From Octopus bimaculoides (Eukaryota), in contig NC_068995.1 in the NCBI RefSeq assembly GCF_001194135.2, positions 15,711,328 through 15,775,327 of the forward strand: DNA of 64,000 bases. The letters are read 5' to 3'. This document shows, one piece after another, positions 37,711 to 48,100 of the stretch; the first letter of the stretch is position 1; every line of letters begins with the position of its first letter. Below the pieces are notes generated by a model, which saw only the letters and a list, made by a program, of their open reading frames with translations, ran no database searches and had not been told where the DNA came from. A program made the position numbers and the translations under genes.

Positions 37711-38175
37711 GAAAAGGGAGAGATCGATATCAGAGATTCATTAGTTGTAGGTAAACAAGCATTTCATGAATCACTAGTTTATTTTGTGATTGGGAATTAA
37801 TGTTCGTTGATATAGTTAACCAGTAACATTAATTTTCGTCTTGTTCGTAATTAATTAAATGCAGTTGCTACGGATTATAATATATTGATAAAAATGTTCA
37901 TCTGAAATTAAAGACATTATCAATCTTCGCAGATTTACTGTTGCTAGCGGCCATCATCACATTAGAGATTCACCCTCAAGGGGTTCTGAATTAGTCTTCT
38001 GTGTATTTACTTAGCTCTCCATTCTTAGTAACTATGTATACTTATTTTGCATGTTTCTCTTACAAATTTATCCTCCATTATCATTAAATTACTTGTATTT
38101 AATTACCTTTTTGCATTGCTACGTATATATCTTTTTTCATTCTGCATTTTAAATTTTCACTTAATTTCCCTATTT

Positions 38176-38249
<74 letters not shown>

Positions 38250-38619
38250 TATTTACATACATATATATCTACATACATGTGTGCGTGTGTGTATGCATAT
38301 ATAAGTATTAACCTCCCAAGATGACAACTTTCCCATGCTTCTTCTAAGACTTCACCCCTTCCTAATATAGAATGGCCTGAGGGCCGCGTTATTTCAGTTA
38401 AGTCTGTAGTATATATGTATGAATGGTGCTGCCTACAGCGGCATTTGACACGAAAGATCCCTGTGTATTCTCATGAATCTTACCTATTCTCCGCTACCGT
38501 TTAAGCCTCTATGAAGTTGTGATCTTTCATCTTGTAATATTTTAGCCGATTAGGAATTGATCTTCCTTCTTGTTCTTAGATCTGTCCATATTACTGCTTA
38601 AGGTTTTTTAACGTCTTAT

Positions 38620-38930
38620 TCTATCGATAGCTTTTGCCGAACCACTAAGTTGCTAGGGCGTAAACACACCGACACCTGTTGTCAAGCGGTGATGGTGGGA
38701 CAAACACAGACACAAAGACGCGCGCGTACAAACACCCCCCCCCCCNNNNNNNNNNACAAACCCCCCCCCCCCCGCACGCACACACACAAACACACACGAC
38801 GAGCTTTCAGTTTCTGTGTACCAAATTCACCCACAAAGCTTTAATCCGGCCGATGCTATAGAAGACACTTGTCCATGGTGACACGCAGTGGGACTGAACT
38901 CGGCGCCGTGTGATTGGGAAGCAAGCTTCT
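38620..38930 (-). mobile_element. SINE family 3 copy
   Basis: Reverse-complement consensus match. Confidence 0.8.
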
Positions 38931-39197
38931 TACTATATATATTCAAACAGACGCACACACTCATATTGTTTGTTTATATACACATTGTTCACACAAGCAC
39001 GTACATACGTGTGTAATGCAATATCACAGGTATGGTTATAAGCACCTTATCTTTACATAAATACCTTCGAAGACATTAAAAGTGCTCAGACGTATCTGTT
39101 TTAATGACTTCTGCCGGTGTTGAGCAATGAAAGCTAACGCGTATTATCTCGATTGGATAAAAACAAAGCTATTAGTAACAGTTAAAATATATTGGGA

Positions 39198-39960
39198 AGA
39201 CGCAGGTGTAGCTGTGTGGCACGAAAATGCTTCCCAGCTATATGGTTCTGAGTTCAGTCCCACAGCGTTGTATCTTGGGCAAGTATCTTCCACTGTAGCT
39301 CCAATGACCTGGAAGTGAATTTGGGAGTCAGCGACTGAAAGGCGTCTGTTGTACATACATACATACATACATACGTACATAAGTGTGTGTTTGTGCTAGT
39401 TCCCCCTCCTACGCTTGACATCCGGCGTTGGTTTCTTTACATACCCTTAAATTAGCAGGTCAGCAAAAACAGAATAAATACCAGGTATTAAGAAATAACT
39501 ACTGCGATTGATTTATTTGACTAAGCCTTGGCCCAGTGGTTAAGGCAGCGGACTCCCGGTCATAGGATCGCGGTTTCGATTCCCAGACCTGGCGTTGTGA
39601 GTGTTTATTGAGCGAAAACACCTAAAGCTCCACGAGGCTTGGGCAGGGGATGGTGGCGAACCCTGCTGTACTCTTCCACCACAACTTTCTCTCACTTTTT
39701 TTTCCTGTTTCTGTTGTACCTGTATTTCAAAGGGTCAGCCTTGTCACACTGTGTCACGCTGAATATCCATGAGAACTACGTTAAGGGTACATGTGTCTGT
39801 GGAGTGCTCAGCCACTTGCACATTAATTTCACGAGCAGGCTGTTCCGTTGATCGGATCAACTGGAACCCTCGACGTCGTAAGCGACGGAGTGCCAACAAC
39901 AACAACAACAACAACAACGTGGCCGCAGGGCATTGACCGAAACTAGTAAAAGATAAAAGA
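39198..39960 (+). mobile_element. SINE family 3 copy hosting a nested SINE
   Basis: Head at 39198; tail split at 39528/39919. Confidence 0.85.
39529..39918 (+). mobile_element. Young tRNA-derived SINE, head A + tail Y, (AAC)n end
   Basis: TGGCCCAGTGG A box, GGTTTCGATTCCC B box, CpG-rich (little decay), ends with (AAC)8. Confidence 0.92.
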
Positions 39961-40236
39961 GAATGATTCTCGTGTACAATACATTCCTTTTCGTAAGTTT
40001 GATAAATAGATTCCTGTTGTTTTAACAAGGTTTTGAATAAAGCTCGTACTGAAAATTTTACTAGAAACTCTTTAGTCAACATTGGGGGAAGCGTCAGCAA
40101 GTACTAACAGCAAAAGTATGTCATAAGTTGCTATACTTTGCAAGGAAATAATGATCATACAGTCTGGATCTATTATAGCAGGGCGACACTTTTTAGTAAG
40201 CATTCATTTTCATCATTATCATTCTTATTTTCATTC

Positions 40237-40460
40237 TTTAAATTCCAGAGCTATATACAGAACACAAAAGATGCATACGTTCCGAGTATAACAAATGAAA
40301 CGCAATGTACATGTCTAAACATATCTTAAAAGAAAAGAATTTGACCACAAATATAAAATGGGGAATAACAGAGTGCACATCGGCAAGAATAAATGAATCT
40401 GGAATCAGTTCCGTTCATCAATGAAAACGCCACAAACACAAAACAGAAAAGAATGAAACA
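40237..40460 (+). mobile_element. Possible Penelope-like element C-terminal (GIY-YIG region) remnant
   Basis: LYTEHKRCIRSEYNK*NAMYMSKHILKEKNLTTNIKWGITE resembles the RYxEHxxSxR..T.LSKHIW.LK....Y.IKW.I pattern of Penelope C-termini; no clear GIY/YIG seen. Confidence 0.4.
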
Positions 40461-42503
40461 CACTATAACTAAACCAGAGGAAAGATTATATCGCGATTAT
40501 ATCACGTTGCAGACACCGAAACAGTTCATCTTCAAAAGATGGTCGAACTTCTAAAGATGTAAAATAATGAAAGACACACACGCGCGGCGCTTACTAACAG
40601 AATAAAATAATATTGAAACAGAAACGGCCAAACCAAATGAAACCCACATTACAAACAAAACGACAGATTAGAAACAAGTCTTGACCAAACACATATACTC
40701 ATTTACTGAGGCAGAACAATAGACACGCTAACTTTATCCTTAAAAATGAACACATGCACGGAGATGCTCTAATGAAATAAACGAATTAAGGATTTTCTTA
40801 ATTTAACAGCCAAATTATTAACACCATATGTCTTCCATTAAGGCGAGACTAATACCTCAGATTTAAGATAACAAAATCTCAGAAAAATAGCAAAGGATAA
40901 GCCCCTGGGCGTTGTTAGACTGTACAAAACTGCAAATATTACACTACAATGTGGATATTATCCTTGCGTAGTTTAGCATTGTTGTAAAATCAACTATTTC
41001 CAGTGTTTTAGGCATTTTTCTCAAAATGACATTTCTGACTATGAGAAGCAATCTTTAGGTCACGATATCCCCGGGAATAATTGATGTAGTTGGCTGAAAG
41101 TTTGCATGTATATTTATTACTTTGATACTTGCCTAGCTGCTGTTTTAGTGTAGTTAGATACATTTCATTTGTCCATATCCCAGAGACACGTGAATGCTAC
41201 TGCCTAGGGGTCAAAACGCTTGAACTGTTGAATATGGCTATGAGCGACGATAATGTATTTAATTCAACATCTAGACTGTACCCCAATCCGTTGGCATTGC
41301 AATTTAGAGAATATTACCTTCGGTAGTTTGGTAGAAAAATTGATTGAAACTAAGGGTATGTTTTCCTTGTCGGTCATATTAAATTTATAATTAGGTCATG
41401 AATAATGTGGAAATGTGAATATTGTTATTAGTATTTTTTTGATAGAACTAACATTGTTCATGATGCATGCCATATTTGGTTTGCCTGGGTTCTATCCCCG
41501 CTAAGTGAGATCATCTTCAAGTTAGGAGTGTTTTCCTACGTCTGAGGTGTTAGTATTGCCTTAAAGAAGCTTTTAAATGCTTCGTTCTTGACCAAAAGAA
41601 AATTCAAATCACATTCGTATTGTAAAAGCCACTCAATCATGTAATGCCGCTGATAATATGTTCAAATTCTTAGCTCTATCATAAACACATATGCCATTAA
41701 CTAGCTTGACAGAGAAATTCAAAACGAAGAAATGATATCCGATTGTTTTAACCTTTATGGCAGAAAAAAAATTAGAGAATCAAAATTACACTTTGAATAG
41801 TAACTTCAGTCATCTTTGGTGTTACAATTTATGCATCTAAGCCACTAGTGATGGTGTTATTTCACATTGTTCATTTTTGCTCTTATTGTATAAATTTTCC
41901 TAAATACACTTTGTATACACTATGTCCTATGTTTGTGGTGTCAAAATTGGACAAATTCTTTGGTGAACATATCACGACAGAAACGTATATCCCTAGTTGT
42001 GCTTTGGCTCTAGAAAATCTGTTCCGCTTAAAGGAATGTCAATTGCAGAGGATCATTCAGTAGAGATTATCTCATTCTGTCCTTCAGAATTGGTTACCTG
42101 TGTCAACAGATGATTGTTTTACCTTCTCTGGATGTGGTGAAATTAACAATAAATCAATATTTTATGTCAATATAACTTTACATAAGTTCTTCAAATTCAT
42201 GCCATTGACCACTCTAAGGTATTTGTCTCAGCCCATTTTTATTTTAGTTATATATATACATGTATATATTTATACACACACAGATACACAGACACATATA
42301 AACGGAAAGAGAGTGATTTACACACGCGTTTATTTACATATATACTTATATGTGCATATAAGCATACATATATACGTAAGTGCACGAACACACATTCATA
42401 TATGTGTGTATATGTACATATGTATTTATATATAAATATATATATGCATATGTATACACATGTATACCTACCTACCTACCTACCTACCTACATATCATAA
42501 GAC

Positions 42504-42641
42504 TTAATTTCGTTACGAAGTATATGTTTGTTGGTCACAGACACATTGCAAAACTTTATGCAAGAAAAGACACCAACCAAAAAAAAACATACAATAGAAA
42601 ATACTACAAAGATATCAACAAAAGCAATAAAATTGTGATAA
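42504..42641 (+). repeat. Diverged ~135-bp direct repeat, copy 1 (copy 2 at 43350-43478)
   Basis: TTAATTT.GTTACGAAGTA..TGTTTGTT.GTCACA.ACAC.TTGCAAAACTTTAT.CAAGAAAAGA....AACAAAAGCAA.A.AATTGTGATAA in both copies. Confidence 0.85.
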
Positions 42642-45127
42642 ACAATTATAGTTTTGAACCAAAAATTAATTTCTTGAAAGCATTTACTCATTTTTGATAT
42701 TTATTTTACATTTTGGTTGCTATATTTGTGTTGTTCATAAATTTTAAAATATAGTATTTCAAATAAATAAATTTTAATTTTAGCTTATTGTTTATGTAAC
42801 CATCAAAATTCTGTACATGTCATTTAATGTACATTTCTTTGATGTATTCAGTAAAATTAAGGAAATTGAATATAGAAAACAAAAGCAGAAAAGTAAGGAT
42901 CTTGTTTTTAATGTCTTCCTTTTTTTTTTGCTCTCTCTTCGATACGACATTTCAATATTTGTTATTTCCTAGATCATAACATCAACAGATAAAATTTGTA
43001 TTTCTTAATGTGTGTTCAGTACCTTGTTTAAGAACCATGTAACAAGCTGGTCGCATTCGAGTTTCGAAACAGGCTAGGATGTGTCCTGGCAATAAATTGG
43101 CCTGGTGATGAATTTGTCTAGCTACGAATTGACCAAACCCTAGTCCATCGTAGCATATAAGCGTCAGTTTATCTTCTCCAGGTTGTAGTCCTGGTCAAGA
43201 ATGTTTGAAATGCAAGCATTTATCAATGCGACATGTCTCCCCTTTCCACACGAGCGATGTTGAAAGGAACAGCAGGTTCCATTGCAGCATGTCAGCAGTG
43301 TCATCGAACACGTTTTCCGGTCGCAGTAAGAGACAACTATGGCGTGCTTTTAATTTGGTTACGAAGTATGTTTGTTAGTCACAAACACCTTGCAAAACTT
43401 TATCCAAGAAAAGAAACGACCAAAGAAACACAGGTAAATAATAGAAAGAATTGAACAAAAGCAACAGAATTGTGATAATCAAGATTCTGTTATCTTGATA
43501 GCAGATTATCCCGTAATCTTTCCTCCGGAGGTCTGAAATCGGATTTTCCAATTTTTAACTGGGTTTACATCACAACTCACGCTTATGATTTCCATTCGCC
43601 AGAAGAGGACACATACACCACCACCCCACACTATAACCATCATTCACAAGCGAACATGACCTTACAAAACGTACCATGTTTTCGCAAATTGTTTCAGGTG
43701 ATTATGTAATCGTGACTAGACATGAGCAAATTTTCATTGCCTGAATCCTTGACCCAGTTGAGCATCCAGAAGAAGTGAGTGAACCAGCAATCAGTTGGTA
43801 CTTATTACAACCTAGCAGACTAAAGAAACACGAAATGATCAAAAGTCGAATACACGAGCCCCTAGATCACACACCTGCACACAAATATACCTATATAGAG
43901 AGAATGTCATCTTTTACCACTATTTGATAACGGTTTATGAAAAGAACTTCGAAGGTACATTGGATGAGCCCAGATAGATATGAACTGCCGTGAATCTCAT
44001 TCCCTAAAAGTAATCGAACCATGAAGTAGCCTGCCAGAACATCTTGGGTCATTTCTATGTCTGTATGCCTCAATCGTTTCCAAGAAAATCATCGTGCTAT
44101 CAAGAATAGTGAAACATCTGAGCAAGCAATAGAGGGATATGAAATAAAAACATATGTGGCTATATGGAACAGCTTGTAATCAACAAATTCATATCAGAAG
44201 AAGCAAAAAAGGACCGCTGGAATACTTGGTTGTAGCATGACTGGACTGCCAAACTGAAGTGCAAGAAACTCTTTGATGGTATAGCATATGGCTGGATTAT
44301 CGAAACGTTACAATTAGAGAAACTTCTGCACTCATTGATAGCTATAATTCAATATTTATTTAACGAAGACTTGGTACACCGCTACTACTCCCAGGTAATA
44401 ACAATCCAAAGGAAAAAAAAATCGAATCTGTAACATATCAAAAAAATGTTCTGAAAAGTTATAGCTTGTCAGTGTTACTCACTGTGTTCTTGTCAAAACT
44501 ATTATATCTTATCGAAAAGTACAGTGGTTTAGAAATAGACAGCTTGAATCAAGAAACATCTCCCAAGTTTCCTTTGTGGACAACCTGAAGCTATACAGTG
44601 CCAGGTGGAATGATATCAAAAGGCTTATTAATCTCATTACTCAATGTTCAACGAACAAGGGAAGGGATAAAACTTGGTGCCATTTGGTGTGGTAAGACGA
44701 GGAAAACTGGCGCTTTACTCTACAAAACTAAATATGAATGTTCCGGCAATATAGCTCTTACATTCGGGTGAGAATTACAAGATAGTTGAGAGGTAGACAA
44801 TGTCACTTATGGCAGATCTATTAATAAGAAGAAATAAAAAGAAACGAATACTTAAAAAGATGTTTTATTTTTGAACAGAACTCTCAGACTACAAGAAGCG
44901 TAACTCTGACAATACCTCTGTATTGCTTATTCTGATAGTTACATTAGGCCTTCTGAGTTGGTCACTACAAAATGACAGCACGATGGGCGTAAAAATTCGC
45001 AAACTGCTCAATAATACTGGAGCTTTCATCATCAGCGGAAATGTATAGAGATTATATTTTTTCACACAAAGAGGTTGGCCGAGGTATTGAATCTATACAA
45101 GTATGAAATAAAATTCGGAATTTAAAT

Positions 45128-45358
45128 TATTTACATTATTTGCAATTGACGGATATTTCTCCTCATCTTGTTTGTTGTTAACACAACGTTTCGGCTGATA
45201 TATTCTCCAGCCTTCAAGTGTCTTGGGGAAATTTCGAACCTGGGTTCTCATTCCTAAGGTATTTTTCGTTGTTGTTGTTGTTGTTATTCAGGTCACTGCC
45301 TGGAATCGAACTCGGAATCTTGGGGTTAGTAGCCCGCGCTCTTAACCACTACGCCATG
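45128..45358 (-). mobile_element. tRNA-headed SINE-like element carrying a hammerhead-like fold
   Basis: Minus: TGGCGTAGTGG (A box), GAGTTCGATTCC (B box), (AAC)n, body with ACAC-uugaa-GGCUG-gagaauauau-CAGCC GAAAC GUU GUGU, and a GCAAATAATGTAAATAAT tandem tail. Confidence 0.8.
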
Positions 45359-45576
45359 AAGCACAAACGGCAGTATATCTCACTAAAAGTCTATGGAGTA
45401 TCGACAAATTTATAACATCTCATTTTAAATGTTACCTCGATGTAACTCAGGAGTCAAAATTTCCCTCCAAGTACATTTTACATAAAAAACCATTAGACGA
45501 GGACAAATGGAGGATATGCAACACAAAATAGAAGACATTAGTTATATCAGTGCAACTGCAAGAGTATAGGCTAGAT

Positions 45577-45820
45577 CAGTTGTTCTCAACCGGAATCCAT
45601 ATAACCATTAGTGGGGTCCATACAAGATAGTTTCGCACAAATTTGTGTCCAATAAACTGGTTACACTTTTACAATACACACAGAATTTTTTAACAATTCT
45701 TACAAATACTTAATATTTAATTACAAAAGTGTAATAGGGTGTAATTGAATGGTTATGAGGGTCCATCCGAGTTAAATAGAAATCAAAGGGGTCCATAAGA
45801 AAAAGGGTTTAGAATCACTG
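45577..45820. mobile_element. hAT (Charlie-like) MITE
   Basis: TIRs CAGTTGTTCTCAACC / GGTTTAGAATCACTG; degenerate CTAG-centred 8-bp flanks GGCTAGAT / CTCTAGCT. Confidence 0.8.
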
Positions 45821-46999
45821 CTCTAGCTACTACATTCCCATGGGTCATGATGAGTTAGAGCATTCAGGAAGAGATTATGAAAGAAAAAAAATCAAAAAAT
45901 CAAATTGAGACAAAAACATTAAGACAAATGGATCAAAAGAATATGCATGGACACAAAAGACTATAGACAGCATCCAAATAAAAGAGTCAGACTTCAAAGT
46001 GTTGTTCGGGAGCACAAAATCAAAATATACTCAGCTATGCACGTGGCATCGTTATGAAGAGACAGATAAGAGCCCGATCACCCAGTGCCTAAAATACACA
46101 GTCAGTCATGTGTGCGTTAGTTATAGAGTCCCAGTATATGTACCAAGCTACCGGGATCAAGATATTATTAAATTTAGATTGTTGGGAAAGGACACTTTAC
46201 CAAAACTCATACATTACTGATGATCATATCTGGGGCACGTCAGAAAATTTGCAAGATATCAAAATTTAATTACAATTTCTGCCACAGAACAAGTGACCTG
46301 TCAAAATAAAATTTAAAACAGCAGTCAAGGAGTGAATACACACAATATACATATATATACATATAAACATACATATAAGTGTGAGTGAAAAAACGAAAGA
46401 AAAAGGCACTCAGCAAATTTAGGAGTTATGTATACAGACACACACACATACGCACAGATATTCATTCAGACGGAGTCTGATACATATATGGCTATTTATT
46501 CTTTCGTGTACTGAATTCTATCCCCTAAACACTTTACCACTAATACAAATCTAATGAAACAAAAAACAAACTGTATTCTTAATATAAATGCAAGCAAACC
46601 CGTTTTAGAGAAGATCGCAGTCCTAATGAAATGGTAAAATTATCAGTGAATAAGCACAGCATCTAAATTACAAGAACATGGAATACAGCAACAAAGAAAA
46701 CAAGAATCAACAATCGCATAGTGCAGATCTATTGAGAAATTCCAGTGGTCTTTTGAATTGTATCATATCTGTACGAATTCTAAAAGAGAAAAAAATATAT
46801 AAAGGAATATCCTTCAATCGGTTAGAAAACTTAGGTGAAGAGCTGCTGAAAAGTAACTTATCTCAGTTACTCATATTTCAGTGTGAAGTAACTGTGTTAG
46901 CACGTTACGTTCACTGAGAAGAAATATGCTAATTTACCTAGTAAGATCTGCCAACATGAATCTGCAGTAAATAACAGAATGAACAGGCGGGTAGTTTCT

Positions 47000-48100
47000 G
47001 CTCTGGAGAGAATTGCTAAAAACTTGAACAACGACCAAAACAATACTGGTAACAACAATATAGAGATAGAATTGCCGCCATTACACGGAGGCGAATACAA
47101 ACAGAAGAGAAAAGAGTGAAGAATACAAACAAATGAAAACAGCTCGTAGTAAGATTTAAAACGAAATGTTTACATCAACAAACCACTAACTGACAAAAAT
47201 GATTATGATTTGAGTCGATAGAAAGTTTCCTGACTTCATTGTTATTCATGGTCGATCAAATTGTTAAAGATCAGCAAGCACATATTGAAAATCTGAACTT
47301 TTGGATAGTGAAAGTCTTACTGTATTGTGTTGTGATTGCATTCACCAATAAACGGGAGTAAAAGAGATCGATTGAAATGATAGCCAAAATTAATTACCTT
47401 GTTGAATAAAAAGAATATAATAAATAAACGAACAAAACCAGGACAGTTTCAGGAAAACCAGTGGAAAATTGATTTCATGAACAATCAACAACGGCTTTTG
47501 TTAGAGACAATCCTAAATTTGAGAAAATTGCCAATGAGGGAAAACTCAAAAATGAAATATTTTCTTTAAAACAGGATGTCAAAGTAAGTCAAAAGGATGA
47601 AATCTTAAGAATTTGCGAGAACTTAGGAATATCAACCATAAGTTTGAATGAAATCTATGAACTGTTTATAGAAGAATAAAGCGTCATGTCACTTTGCAAA
47701 CGATGCTCTCTGGCAACATGAGCCAAAGTTATTTTGGTGGTGGTGGTGGAGCCGAGAAGGAGTGTAAACAAGTAGAACTATCGTAATGTGGTACAGTGAA
47801 ATGAATTAGAGCCAATTCTGTATAAAAATTCGTTTGCGGCAGAATTAATGGAAAATCACCTGGAGGAGAACAGGATTAACCTACTTTGACATTAACGTGA
47901 AAAGAAATATTCATAAAGTTCGTAAAATGTTATGCATGGGTACATTTCCTTATGCTAGAGGATACGAACATTGAGAGAAAAGGTACAGCCTTTTGGAATG
48001 ATGACAGATACATCACAACCCTTTCACAAGGATGCGCTTTGTTGTTGAAGAACAGAAAATAGCTGCTAAATATCTGATCAATAAGAAAAAAAAGATATTA
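47000..48100 (+). mobile_element. Possible decayed R4-like LINE pre-RT region
   Basis: Weak motifs only (FQENQ..FMNNQQRLL; HLEENRI) in purine-rich, coding-like decayed sequence. Confidence 0.25.

Larger units (their letters stand above)
43950..46260 (+). mobile_element. Fossil R4/Dong-like LINE (RT to C-terminal region) with two nested insertions
   Basis: GYMEQLVINKFISEEAKK (44158), KLFDGIAYGWIIETL, SLSVLL, RNISQVSFVDNLKLYS (FVDD-like at 44573-84), LGLLSWS..KIRKLL..GAF...V*RLY, KNMHG; these match R4-clade RT motifs. Confidence 0.78.

Noticed and set aside
39529-39600. tRNA gene-like sequences (also 19805, 32451, 45290-45358, 8600-8672)
   Set aside because: A/B boxes are present but there is no complete acceptor stem, and each continues into a SINE body; these are SINE heads.
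40470-40530. CAGAGGA...CCGAAACAGTT downstream of the possible Penelope remnant
   Set aside because: Core mutated and no coherent stems; too degenerate to call.
46215-46255. CTGATGA...GAAA hammerhead-like spacing
   Set aside because: The intervening bases do not pair as helix II and no helix I is found.
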